A stretch of DNA of 64,000 bases from sequence record PV231353.1; one strand, 5' to 3'. The position numbers and the translations under genes are program-made. Below the pieces are notes generated by a model. That model was not told the origin of the DNA. It searched no databases and was given only the letters and a program-made list of their open reading frames with translations. Shown one piece after another: positions 9,072-19,015 of this stretch. Numbering within the stretch: the first letter of the stretch is position 1; every line of letters begins with the position of its first letter.

Positions 9072-9373
9072 CAGGGTTGTTCCTTCTCAAGACCCACGTC
9101 GGGGTCGTATTTCAGGATGACGCCGTCCTCGTTCCGGTGCTCCATCAGCGGGAACCCCGAGACGAACTGCGGCACGAAGAGGTCGCGGCGCGGCTGCTGG
9201 AGCCAGATCAGGCCGGTCTCGGCGACCACCGCGCGCTCGGCCGGGGTAAGCTCCCAGCAGGAGATCACGCCCTCGGGGCCGGTGTAGGTGTGGAGCGGCG
9301 CGACCGTGTCCTCGTTCCCCGGAGCGGGGTTCCAGACCTTGTTGGCGCCGGCGAAGTTACGAGGAACGGCCAT
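9071..9373 (-). CDS. hypothetical protein
   Basis: 100 aa, coupled to neighbours. Confidence 0.7.
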   Translation of the reverse strand: MAVPRNFAGANKVWNPAPGNEDTVAPLHTYTGPEGVISCWELTPAERAVVAETGLIWLQQPRRDLFVPQFVSGFPLMEHRNEDGVILKYDPDVGLEKEQP

Positions 9374-9608
9374 TGGCGTTCTTGCCCTTGTTGACGAAAT
9401 ACCAGATCGCCAGGGCGATCAGGAAGCCGGGGACGCCCAGCGGCCATGCGATGGTCATGCCCAGCGCGGTGAAGAAGCCCAGCGCCACTGCGCCCGCCGC
9501 GTCGGCGAGCTTCAGGACCCCGTCGCGGCTTTCGTGCTTGATCGTCCAGATGGTCGCGACAAGGCCGCTGACCACGCCCAGAATGATCGAGAAGATGATG
9601 TAATTCAA
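9357..9608 (-). CDS. membrane protein
   Basis: TTG start overlaps upstream stop; hydrophobic helices. Confidence 0.65.
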   Translation of the reverse strand: MNYIIFSIILGVVSGLVATIWTIKHESRDGVLKLADAAGAVALGFFTALGMTIAWPLGVPGFLIALAIWYFVNKGKNANGRSS

Positions 9609-9988
9609 AACAGACCCGCCGCCTGCTTGGCGGCCTCCTTGGCGCGGACCTTGTCGGGAGACAGGCTCTTCACGCGGTTGATCTCGTCGGCCTCGCAGCC
9701 ATCGGCGCTGATGCCGAGATTTTCGCAGAGGGTGTAGAGCGAGAGCAGCAGCCCACCGACCTCCTCCTTGACCTCGCCAACCGGGCGGCTGTAGGTCCAG
9801 TGCGCCTGCCGGATCACGTCCTCCAGGCTCAGGCCCTGGGTCTGGACGAGTTCCATGCACTCCTCCAGGGTGCGGAAGGCCTGGATGCGGCGGTTGAAGA
9901 CGCGGCCCGTCAGGACCTCCTCGACCCACTTCCAGCACCACGTCTGGCGCTTGGCCCGATGCTCATGACAGGCGTCGACCTCGGTCAC
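9605..9988 (-). CDS. MazG-like NTP pyrophosphohydrolase fold protein
   Basis: R..RTLEEC.ELVQ ... EEVGG....L..LC pattern; GTG start with GGAGA SD. Confidence 0.55.
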   Translation of the reverse strand: MTEVDACHEHRAKRQTWCWKWVEEVLTGRVFNRRIQAFRTLEECMELVQTQGLSLEDVIRQAHWTYSRPVGEVKEEVGGLLLSLYTLCENLGISADGCEADEINRVKSLSPDKVRAKEAAKQAAGLF

Positions 9989-10131
9989 GATTTTCTCCAG
10001 TCGAACAGCGCCCAGAAGGCTTGGCGGGTGTCCCTGGTCCAGGACCAGGGACGGATCGCCAGGATGGAAAGGATGAGGGCGGCGGCGAGATAGATCAGCG
10101 CCGCCCGCGCCACGATGTCGAGGAACCCCAT
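9985..10131 (-). CDS. small membrane protein (48 aa)
   Basis: Not in ORF track; MGFLDIVARAALIYLAAALILSILAIRPW...; stop overlaps next GTG. Confidence 0.6.
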   Translation of the reverse strand: MGFLDIVARAALIYLAAALILSILAIRPWSWTRDTRQAFWALFDWRKS

Positions 10132-10134
10132 GGC

Positions 10135-11369
<1,235 letters not shown>

Positions 11370-11371
11370 GG

Positions 11372-11440
11372 CGGGCTCCTTCTGTGGTGTCGTGATTTAC
11401 GACTTTTGACCATGCTCGTCGGGCGGTGTCAACACTTCTT
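11372..11440 (-). promoter_or_regulatory. promoter-leader cassette for rtcB
   Basis: GTG-TTGACA(11427-11432)-N17-TCAAAA ... ACGACACC ... AAGGAG-GTG. Confidence 0.7.
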
Positions 11441-11603
11441 CAACGGCGGTGATCTGAATTTGCAGCAGACTGGCCGCCGGGTGGTTGGGCGGCAGCAGCG
11501 CCTCGGCCTGTTTCATGGCGTCCAGTGTGTCTTCCAGCGCGGCGCGGAAGGTGTTGCGCTGCTCGGTGGCGGCGCGGACGGCGGAGGGAAATTCGAGGAT
11601 CAT
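11397..11603 (-). CDS. hypothetical protein
   Basis: 68 aa; 3' end overlaps the rtcB promoter. Confidence 0.55.
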   Translation of the reverse strand: MILEFPSAVRAATEQRNTFRAALEDTLDAMKQAEALLPPNHPAASLLQIQITAVEEVLTPPDEHGQKS

Positions 11604-11626
11604 GGGAGCACCTTGAGGGGTACGCT

Positions 11627-11666
11627 AAAACGAAAAAACGCCGGCGAGGATGGCTCGCCGGCGTTT
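11627..11666 (-). terminator. intrinsic terminator
   Basis: 13-bp stem AAACGCCGGCGAG/CTCGCCGGCGTTT followed by TTTCGTTTT on the minus strand. Confidence 0.85.
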
Positions 11667-11698
11667 CCTAGTCCAGGGCGGGGCCTAGAGCCGCCGCC

Positions 11699-12532
11699 TT
11701 ACTTCACGTTGATGAACGGAACCGCGCCGGCGCCCATGGTCTGGGGCAGGTGCCCGTCCCACTTGTCGATCGCCCGCAGTTGAGCGACTTCCGGCGACGA
11801 ACGGACCGATTCAGCCAGCAGACGGTTGGCTTCGGCGGTGCCGCGCGCTTCTTCGATCTTGGCGTCGGCCTCGGCCTTGGAAACCTGCACCCGCGCCTGG
11901 GCGGCCACGGTGTCGGCGTCGGCCTTGGTCTTGGCCTGGATCGAGTCGAGGATCACCTGCGGATAGCGGATGGCGCCGATCCAGTCGAGTTGACTGATCG
12001 TCACCCCATCCTTGGCCCACTTCTTCTGCACGGAGGCGAGCGCCTTCTGGATCACCTGCTGGCGTCCGCCCTTGTAGAGGTACTCGACCGAGACCAGTTC
12101 AGTCTCGCGGGCGATCGCCGAACGAACGTCGTTGCGGATCGGGCCTTCGAACAGTTGATCGAAGGTCAGGCGGTACTTCTTGTAGAGCGCCGGCGCCGCG
12201 CCGGGCTCGACGCGCATGACGAGTTGGACGTCGGCGCTCATCGGCAGGGCGTTGTTGTCCGAGAACGTGACTTCCTCGTTCTCGGAGCCGCGCTCGTCGG
12301 CGTCGCGGGTGTAGGTGTAGGTGCGCTGGATCGCCGGGTAGTCGACGATCTTCTCGCCCAGGCCGTTGAAGTGCATGCCCGAGGCCAGCGGCGTCGGGTC
12401 GACGCCAGAGCCGCCCATGGTGCAGATCTTCACGCCGACATTGCCCGGCTCGACGGTATGGAAGCCGCAGGCCGACATGGTCGCCGCCATGCCCATCAGG
12501 GCGACGGCGGTCAGAAGGGACTTAATTTTCAA
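11699..12532 (-). CDS. SPFH/band-7 (prohibitin-like) lipoprotein
   Basis: Lipobox TMSA-C; VEPGNVGV, SPFH core, C-terminal Ala/Glu coiled coil, KWDG.LP. Confidence 0.85.
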   Translation of the reverse strand: MKIKSLLTAVALMGMAATMSACGFHTVEPGNVGVKICTMGGSGVDPTPLASGMHFNGLGEKIVDYPAIQRTYTYTRDADERGSENEEVTFSDNNALPMSADVQLVMRVEPGAAPALYKKYRLTFDQLFEGPIRNDVRSAIARETELVSVEYLYKGGRQQVIQKALASVQKKWAKDGVTISQLDWIGAIRYPQVILDSIQAKTKADADTVAAQARVQVSKAEADAKIEEARGTAEANRLLAESVRSSPEVAQLRAIDKWDGHLPQTMGAGAVPFINVK

Positions 12533-12872
12533 GGGGTTGTTCCTTGTCTTGTTTCGGGGATTTGTGGAACGCTTTTGCGATGTCGCCAGCCAGCTTCATC
12601 GCGAACATCACGACCGTCGGCAGACCCAGGAACAGGACCGTGAAGGCCGCGAACGAGGCGCCGAAGAAGTGGGCTTCGGTGAGGGTCCAGGCAAAGCCCA
12701 TGACGACCAGCGCGCCGGCCATGATCACGAGCATCGGATAGACCGAGAGGCGGTAGAAGAGCCCCGGAAGGCGCTTGTCCTTGAGGGCCGCGCTGGGGCC
12801 GCCCAGGGCGTTTACCAGGAAGAACACCATCAGGATCAGATAGATGGGGAAGAGCGGGAGGAAGACCCTCAT
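12522..12872 (-). CDS. membrane protein
   Basis: Start MRVFLPLF; three hydrophobic segments. Confidence 0.65.
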   Translation of the reverse strand: MRVFLPLFPIYLILMVFFLVNALGGPSAALKDKRLPGLFYRLSVYPMLVIMAGALVVMGFAWTLTEAHFFGASFAAFTVLFLGLPTVVMFAMKLAGDIAKAFHKSPKQDKEQPLEN

Positions 12873-12885
12873 TGAGCACGTCCTT

Positions 12886-13611
12886 TCAGGAGCTTTTGGC
12901 TCGACCCAGCAGGTTGGCCATGAACTCCTCGCCCAGGTCGGGGTTGATCTGCTGGTGGAGACGCTGATCGACCGTCCGCAGGGCGTTGTAGAGTTCGCGC
13001 AGCATGGCCGTCTTCTGCTCGGTCGCGATGGCGGCCTGTTCCTCGATCGCCTCGACGATCGCGGCGACGAGGACTTCCTGGCGCACGCGCCAGCAGCCGT
13101 CGTCGCCGGCGTAGAACCACGTCGAGATGATGTTGTCGGCGCGGCTGTTGTCGGCGATCTTGCGGGCGGCGTGATAGGGGCCGTCATCGCGGCCGATCAC
13201 CGTGCCTTGCGCCAGCGCCGCTTCGATGTCCTTGAAGCGCCCGGCGACCATCGGGAACCACGACTCGCGGTCCTTGAAGTCGTCGCGGGCGTTTTGGATG
13301 ATGCGCAGGATCAGGGCGACGCGGGCGTCCGAGATCGGGCGGGACTCCACGAGCCGGCGCGCCGCCCATTTGACGCGTTCCAGCGGCGTGACCACCACCG
13401 GGGCGCCGGCGTCGACCAGCAGCTTGGCGACCTCGTTCTCGTAGGACTCGTACTCGCGACAGCGGGCTTCGAGGCGGCGGATCGTGGTGCGGTCCTCGAT
13501 CGCCTGCTTGGTCATGTCGTCCAGGGCCTCGTGGGCTTCCCGCAGTTGCTCTTCCAGGGAAGCCACGCGCTGCACGACGCCGAGCGCAAGAGTTTCGGTC
13601 GCGTCAGCCAT
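12886..13611 (-). CDS. hypothetical coiled-coil protein
   Basis: Start MADATET coupled to upstream stop (TGATG). Confidence 0.7.
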   Translation of the reverse strand: MADATETLALGVVQRVASLEEQLREAHEALDDMTKQAIEDRTTIRRLEARCREYESYENEVAKLLVDAGAPVVVTPLERVKWAARRLVESRPISDARVALILRIIQNARDDFKDRESWFPMVAGRFKDIEAALAQGTVIGRDDGPYHAARKIADNSRADNIISTWFYAGDDGCWRVRQEVLVAAIVEAIEEQAAIATEQKTAMLRELYNALRTVDQRLHQQINPDLGEEFMANLLGRAKSS

Positions 13612-13898
13612 CAGGCCGTGAGCCCCCGCTGCTTCAAGGCGACGATCTGCTCGATCTCCTTGAGGATGTGGTCGGACAGGCGGTCGGTCCGCTCCTTGAT
13701 GCCAGCCGGGACGCCGATCTTGCACTGACCGATCTCGTGCAGGCGGTCGGACACCGCCTTCAGATCGATCAGGGTGTCGCTGATCAGCACCTCGGCGAGG
13801 CCCACGGCCTCGGTCTGGATGGCGGCGATCCGCTGGGCGGTGGTCTGCGCCGATTGGCCCGAGACGAGGGCCAGGGCGGCGGTGTTCTTCTGGGTCAT
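13611..13898 (-). CDS. hypothetical protein
   Basis: Follows promoter cassette with AAGGAG SD. Confidence 0.8.
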   Translation of the reverse strand: MTQKNTAALALVSGQSAQTTAQRIAAIQTEAVGLAEVLISDTLIDLKAVSDRLHEIGQCKIGVPAGIKERTDRLSDHILKEIEQIVALKQRGLTA

Positions 13899-13965
13899 GG
13901 GGTCTCCTTCGTTGTCGTCGGGCGTGACTTCTAGTCAGGTTTCGTAGGGCTGTCAACACAATCGG
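13899..13965 (-). promoter_or_regulatory. promoter-leader cassette
   Basis: GTG-TTGACA(13951-13956)-N17-TAGAAG ... ACGACAACG-AAGGAG. Confidence 0.85.
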
Positions 13966-14221
13966 TCACGGGCGTCGCGCCATGGTGTGCGATCAGGACG
14001 AGACGGGCGCCGCAAGCCACCAGCGCGCCACGCGCGTCGTAGATCAGCCGGCCGGCCTCCTCGCCATTCTTGTCCAGGATGATCGCCTCCCTGGCGTAGA
14101 TCGGCTTGCCGCTCTTGCCGCGCTGGATGCGGATCGGAGGATCGTCGGTGCCGCGCTTGGTGTTGCGGTCGATCACCTGCCGGTTGATGTTGAGGACGCA
14201 GGTCTTGCGGGTGATCTTCAT
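13931..14221 (-). CDS. hypothetical protein
   Basis: 96 aa, coupled to upstream stop (TAATG). Confidence 0.7.
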   Translation of the reverse strand: MKITRKTCVLNINRQVIDRNTKRGTDDPPIRIQRGKSGKPIYAREAIILDKNGEEAGRLIYDARGALVACGARLVLIAHHGATPVTDCVDSPTKPD

Positions 14222-15642
14222 TAGATCAGGGCTCCTTGGCTGAGATCGACCGGCGTGTAGACGGCGCGGGTGATCGTGGTCTCCGGCTCGCCCGAACGCT
14301 TGTTGACGCCGTGGCGCTTGATCGTGGCGCGGATGGCGTAGCGCTTGCCGGCCTCGGGACGGTTCTTGCCGGTGTGGAAGTTCACCACCGCCGAGCCGTC
14401 GTCGCAGCGGATGGCCACGATGCAGGTCGTCTCGCCGAAGTCGTTGGTGTAGAGGGAGGTCCGGACGACCTCGCCCACGAAATCCAGGCGCTGGCCCTCG
14501 GCGGCGTCGAGGTGCTTGGCGGCCGGGCGCTGGGGAGCGTCGGCCTTCTTGCGGGCCTCTTCCTCGCGCTCCAGGGTGCGGCCGACCGACAGGCCGACAG
14601 CGGCGACGATCACACCCATGCGCTTGACCAGGACAAAGTCCTCCTGAGCGAGCACCATCTTGATGTTCTCGTGAAACGGATTGCCGGGCTTCAGCGAGCG
14701 AATGTAGGCGGTGAAGCCCTCGCGGTCGAACTCCGGCTCGAAGTCCTTGTAGGAGTCGATGATCTCCTGATTGCGCTTGTGCTCGTAGTCCGACAGGCCG
14801 TAGCCCCGGTTGCCGAACATCAGCAGACCGACGTGCTTGCGCGATTCTTCCTTGCTGTAGCCGCCGAACCGGCGGGCCACGCGGTAGGAGGTGCGCAGGA
14901 GTTCGCCCAGGTCGACGTACTCCTCGCCCTTGCGCCAGCCGCCCGGATCGCCCTTGAAGTTGTTCAGGTCATCCCAGAACGACAGCATCCGGACCGGGTC
15001 GGCGCCCAGGTAGGTCTTCAGGCACGAGGCCCCGATCATCTTGATCCCGTCGGCGGTCTCGCAGACGAAGGTATGCTTGCGCCGCTGGGCGACGCCGCAG
15101 TGGGCGCACTCGCCGGCGTGTACACGCATGGCTTCCACGACGTCGTTGGCGGTCTTGTCGACCAGCTTGAGGTAGTGGCCCGTCTTTTCGGCGGCCTCGT
15201 AGATGCCCAGCACGCGGCCCTTCTCGCCGACCATCGGCGGGACCGACAGGGTGATCTCGACGCGGCGGATCACCATGGCGTCCTCGCTCATATAGGGCGA
15301 GGGGAAGTCGACCACCTTGCGCTCCAGGACCGTCAGGGTCTGGCCAGCGTGGGCGGCGCGCTTTTGCAGCCGGCCCAGCAGGCGCATGAAGCGCTCCTCG
15401 ACGGCGAACCCCATCTTGAAGGTCAGGGTGGCTTGGCCCTCGCGCACGCCTTCCTGGGCGGCCCACATGGCGGCGCGGTGGGCTTCACGCTCCTTGTCGT
15501 CCTCGAAGATCGAGGCGCCCTTGGCGGTCACGACCTCGACGCCGTCGACCATCACGCTGGCCTGATCGGCGACCGTCTGCGGACGCTCGCCGTAGGTTTC
15601 CAGCATGTAGTCCTGGTAGCTGCCTTCGAACTCGCCAAACAT
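14221..15642 (-). CDS. large hypothetical protein with Cys/His cluster and possible C-terminal OB-fold
   Basis: CAHC...RKHTFVC...IGASCL; beta-rich C-terminus; own promoter. Confidence 0.8.
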   Translation of the reverse strand: MFGEFEGSYQDYMLETYGERPQTVADQASVMVDGVEVVTAKGASIFEDDKEREAHRAAMWAAQEGVREGQATLTFKMGFAVEERFMRLLGRLQKRAAHAGQTLTVLERKVVDFPSPYMSEDAMVIRRVEITLSVPPMVGEKGRVLGIYEAAEKTGHYLKLVDKTANDVVEAMRVHAGECAHCGVAQRRKHTFVCETADGIKMIGASCLKTYLGADPVRMLSFWDDLNNFKGDPGGWRKGEEYVDLGELLRTSYRVARRFGGYSKEESRKHVGLLMFGNRGYGLSDYEHKRNQEIIDSYKDFEPEFDREGFTAYIRSLKPGNPFHENIKMVLAQEDFVLVKRMGVIVAAVGLSVGRTLEREEEARKKADAPQRPAAKHLDAAEGQRLDFVGEVVRTSLYTNDFGETTCIVAIRCDDGSAVVNFHTGKNRPEAGKRYAIRATIKRHGVNKRSGEPETTITRAVYTPVDLSQGALI

Positions 15643-15714
15643 GTGCGGCTCCTCTCGCTGTCGTGAGGGAGCTTGTACGGGGCCACGGAGAGGCTGTCAA
15701 CACTCTAACGCCAA
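15643..15714 (-). promoter_or_regulatory. promoter-leader cassette
   Basis: TTGGC-N6-GTG-TTGACA(15695-15700)-N17-TACAAG-CTCCCTC-ACGACAGC-GAGAGGAG. Confidence 0.85.
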
Positions 15715-15724
15715 CAAAGAATCG

Positions 15725-16051
15725 CTAGGCCGCGTCCTCTTCCTCCTCCGCCATTTCGAGCGTCAGGGTGTACATGTCGCTAATGCCGATCGCCGGCTCG
15801 ATCCCAACGATGACGCAGGTCCTGATCTTGCCGCTCTGGGTCTCGTAGATCACTTTGTCGCCGAGACGCGGGCCTTGGCAGTGGACCATCACGCTGGCCC
15901 GGTCGACCAACAGCGGCTTCTTGAACCACCCGCGCTTGACCTTGCGCGGCGGCGCGATCTGGAACGTGCTGGCGTGGAGGGCGTGCCCCCAGCCCTGTTG
16001 TTTGGGGCGGAAGTCGAACGTGCGCGGGCCGTTATCGAGGCGCAGGAGCAT
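15725..16051 (-). CDS. hypothetical protein
   Basis: 108 aa, in chain. Confidence 0.7.
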   Translation of the reverse strand: MLLRLDNGPRTFDFRPKQQGWGHALHASTFQIAPPRKVKRGWFKKPLLVDRASVMVHCQGPRLGDKVIYETQSGKIRTCVIVGIEPAIGISDMYTLTLEMAEEEEDAA

Positions 16052-16259
16052 AGCGGTTCTTTTCCAGAGTGCGGCGCTCCAGGCGCCGGTGACCGATGAA
16101 GGTGATCATGTCCTTGGCTTGCACGCGCGTGGGCATGTAGCCGCCGAACCGGCGATGGAGCGGGATGCGGCGGTAGTGGGCGTCGAACTTCCAGCGCCAG
16201 CGCCACGCATCGGGGTTCTGCCGCGAGAGCAGGGCGAGGGCGAAGGACGGCGGGATCAC
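16032..16259 (-). CDS. hypothetical protein
   Basis: 75 aa, GTGA overlap. Confidence 0.55.
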   Translation of the reverse strand: MIPPSFALALLSRQNPDAWRWRWKFDAHYRRIPLHRRFGGYMPTRVQAKDMITFIGHRRLERRTLEKNRYAPAPR

Positions 16260-16501
16260 GGGTTGTCTCCCGAAAGGACCGAGAAGGTCGCCACCGGCGT
16301 CTTGCCGTCAAGCGGCTGGCCCAGGACCAGTTCGGGGTCCTCGTCGCCTTCGCGATCCTTCCAGACCACCTTGCCGTGATAGGTCATGACCCCGGCGGGG
16401 AGGTTCTCGCTGACCAGCCGCAGGGTCTCGCCGTAGACGTGGGTCCAGTCGAACGGGTTCACCTGGGCCGGATTGTTGGTCACGCTGACGATCAGGGGCA
16501 T
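16256..16501 (-). CDS. hypothetical protein
   Basis: Start MPLIVSV coupled to upstream stop. Confidence 0.65.
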   Translation of the reverse strand: MPLIVSVTNNPAQVNPFDWTHVYGETLRLVSENLPAGVMTYHGKVVWKDREGDEDPELVLGQPLDGKTPVATFSVLSGDNP

Positions 16502-17016
16502 CAGTGGGTCGAGCCTTTCAGATGGGTGTGGCCTTGGTGGAACATCGAGGCGGCCTGCTTCTCGGTCCGGCACGGGCCGAACCACAGACTGTCGCCCTGG
16601 CGGCGGGCGGCGATCCCGTATTCGCGTCGAGGTTCTTCGATGTAGGCGAGCCCCGTCAGGGCGCTCAGGACCTCGTAGGGCGTCTCGTCCGGCTCGATCT
16701 GGTCGTCGGCCACGGCGATGTAGAAATACCGGTCGCGTTCGATCAGGCCGGTCCCGGCGCGGAACGAGCGGTAGCTGGACCAGAACCAGCCGCGCCGCAT
16801 CTCCAGGCCCCTCCGGACGCCGAGCAAGCTTTCCCGCGCCTCGCCCTCGGGCCAGCACCCCAGGACCGAGGCGCCATAGACCGCGCCCTGGGGATTGCCC
16901 AGATCGTCGCGGGCGGTGGTCAAGGCGATCGCCTTGGCCTCTTCCTCGTCCGTCGCCGTCACCTCGATCTCGGTGACCAGGGACTGGGAGACCTTGACCA
17001 GGAACCGCTCAGTCAC
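16501..17016 (-). CDS. hypothetical protein
   Basis: 171 aa; N-terminal EV.A.DEEEA motif. Confidence 0.7.
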   Translation of the reverse strand: MTERFLVKVSQSLVTEIEVTATDEEEAKAIALTTARDDLGNPQGAVYGASVLGCWPEGEARESLLGVRRGLEMRRGWFWSSYRSFRAGTGLIERDRYFYIAVADDQIEPDETPYEVLSALTGLAYIEEPRREYGIAARRQGDSLWFGPCRTEKQAASMFHQGHTHLKGSTH

Positions 17017-17701
17017 GGAGACCTGCGAGTTGGAACGCCGTGGCGCCGACGGCCGCCGACAGTTCTTGCTTCAGGTGCTCGATGTCCTCCTTCAACTCCT
17101 TGAAGTAGGGCGTGTCGGCGAGCAGGTCCTGCATTTTCCAGGCCAGGGTGTAGGCCCGGTGGACATAGCCCGTCGGATCGTCCTCGACCATCTTGACGAC
17201 GTCGATCGCCTTCAGTTCGATCAGGCCCTCGGGACCCTTGATGAACACCACGTCGTGCGGCTCGATGATCCGCACGCCGCCTGAAGCGAGGTTCTTCAGG
17301 ACACGCTCGCGGTGCTCGCAGTGATCGACCACGCCGATCTCGCCGCGCAGGGCGTGCGGCGGGTTGTGGGTCACCATGACAACCCGGTCGCCCGGCTGGA
17401 ACGCCCAGCGCACCTCGGGATCGTTGAGGTGGTCGTCGACCATCTGGCGGATCGTCGCCAGGGAGGCGCGGCCGTAGCAGTCGCCGTGGAGGACATAGTG
17501 GATGATCTTCCACTCCTTCTCGGTCGGCATCGGGACTTCCTTCCCGTCGCCGTCGCGGCCGTGATAGTAGGCGGCCGTGCCCAGGCGATGGATGAGGTCG
17601 AACGGCTCGCCCTCGTCGGTGACCTCCGGATGCTCATCGAGCAGCGCGATCATCTTGGCGAGGCTGTAAGTGAGCGGTCGGGTGGCGGGGCGCTGGGTCA
17701 C
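17009..17701 (-). CDS. hypothetical protein with SH3/KOW-like segment
   Basis: FQPGDRVV ... GEIGVVD. Confidence 0.7.
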   Translation of the reverse strand: MTQRPATRPLTYSLAKMIALLDEHPEVTDEGEPFDLIHRLGTAAYYHGRDGDGKEVPMPTEKEWKIIHYVLHGDCYGRASLATIRQMVDDHLNDPEVRWAFQPGDRVVMVTHNPPHALRGEIGVVDHCEHRERVLKNLASGGVRIIEPHDVVFIKGPEGLIELKAIDVVKMVEDDPTGYVHRAYTLAWKMQDLLADTPYFKELKEDIEHLKQELSAAVGATAFQLAGLRD

Positions 17702-18582
17702 AGGTGCTTCTCCAGGCCAAGGTCGTCGATCACCGCCTGAGCGATCGCTTCCAGATTGAAATGGCCGTCGATGATCGTGTCTTGCGCGTCATCGGCGTCG
17801 ACATAGTTGGACGGCGTCGGCGCCGGGGCCTCCAGGATCGCGCGCCTCAGGGCATCGGCCAGGATGACCGCCGGGGTCCGCTTGACCTTGGCCTTCTTGA
17901 CCTTCCAGTTGAGGTCCTGGAGACGCACGACGCGGCGGTCGCCGTCGACGATCTCCTTGAAGGCGCCGGCCTTGATCAGTCGCTCGACCGTGTCGTCGGT
18001 GAAATGCGGGTTGGCCTCGTTTACCGGGAAGGTCGTCCAGCAGTCCTGGCCCAGTTGGGTCAGGGTGCGCGTGGCGTTCGACGCCGCGACGATGGCGTGG
18101 TACTCGTCGGCGAGCATGAACTGTTCGTAGCCGGGGCCGCAGAGGGTCCCTCGGTCGTTCAAGACCTCGACATAGCAGTTCTCGCCATTCCACGAGTCGG
18201 ACAGGTAGCACTTGACCAGGGTGTAGGTCTTGCCGACGGTGTAGTTCTCGTTGCTACCGACATAGACCGCCTGGGCGTTCTGCGGGAACGGCCAGCGATA
18301 CTGCTCGTGGTCGGGGTCGAACGCCTCCAGGACCTTCAGGATGGAGTCCAGGCTCACCTCGTCGGCGGTGAAGCGCTTGTACTTGCCGTCGGCGTCGCGG
18401 CCGTGGAAGAGGTCCTGGCACTCGCGCACGATGTCGTACTCGAACGGCCAGATCGCGCCGCCGCGATAGTCCGAAAGGACCTTGTCGAACTCAGCGACCG
18501 AGGCGCCCGACGCAGCCATGGAAAGCAGCGTCTGGAGGATTTCGGCCGGCGGACGAGCGTAGGCGTGGGGCTGGCGGATCAT
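17698..18582 (-). CDS. hypothetical protein
   Basis: 294 aa, in chain. Confidence 0.75.
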   Translation of the reverse strand: MIRQPHAYARPPAEILQTLLSMAASGASVAEFDKVLSDYRGGAIWPFEYDIVRECQDLFHGRDADGKYKRFTADEVSLDSILKVLEAFDPDHEQYRWPFPQNAQAVYVGSNENYTVGKTYTLVKCYLSDSWNGENCYVEVLNDRGTLCGPGYEQFMLADEYHAIVAASNATRTLTQLGQDCWTTFPVNEANPHFTDDTVERLIKAGAFKEIVDGDRRVVRLQDLNWKVKKAKVKRTPAVILADALRRAILEAPAPTPSNYVDADDAQDTIIDGHFNLEAIAQAVIDDLGLEKHL

Positions 18583-18941
18583 TGACCCGACACCTTCGCC
18601 AGTTGCTTTTCCAGTTCGGCGCGCAGTTCGGCGTCGCTCAGGCCCAGGCGTTCCTTCATGAAGGCCACCGCCTCGGCGGCGGTCTCGAAAGAGTGGGTCT
18701 CGGCATCGGTGCTGTCGCGCAGGCCGAGGATTTCGACCACGCCCCAGATCGTCGCCCAGGCGACGGCGATCAAGGCCGCCACCGTGATGGCGAAGCTGAA
18801 GTTGAACTGGCGTGCGCCACTCAGTTCCATCGCCTCGGCCGCCGTCCAGGCTACCGCGACCATGCTCACCGAGGCGAGATGGAGCAGGGCGGCCCTGCGG
18901 GTGTAGGTCGGGCGGACGGTCAGGGTCATCTTGTCTTGCAT
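18579..18941 (-). CDS. membrane protein
   Basis: Start MQDKMTL behind promoter cassette; two hydrophobic helices. Confidence 0.7.
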   Translation of the reverse strand: MQDKMTLTVRPTYTRRAALLHLASVSMVAVAWTAAEAMELSGARQFNFSFAITVAALIAVAWATIWGVVEILGLRDSTDAETHSFETAAEAVAFMKERLGLSDAELRAELEKQLAKVSGQ

Positions 18942-19015
18942 GAGGGTCTCCTCTGCGGTTGTCGTCGCCCGCCTCTTAGGACAAGGCCTCGGCCTTGTCA
19001 ACACATTCAAGCCAA
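18942..19015 (-). promoter_or_regulatory. promoter-leader cassette
   Basis: TTGGC-N6-GTG-TTGACA(18996-19001)-N17-TAAGAG ... ACGACAACC ... GAGGAG. Confidence 0.85.

Noticed and set aside
11604-11698. tRNA or ncRNA in the longer intergenic gaps (also 33325-33396 and 57268-57350)
   Set aside because: No cloverleaf, T-loop or CCA; the gaps are explained by terminators and promoters.
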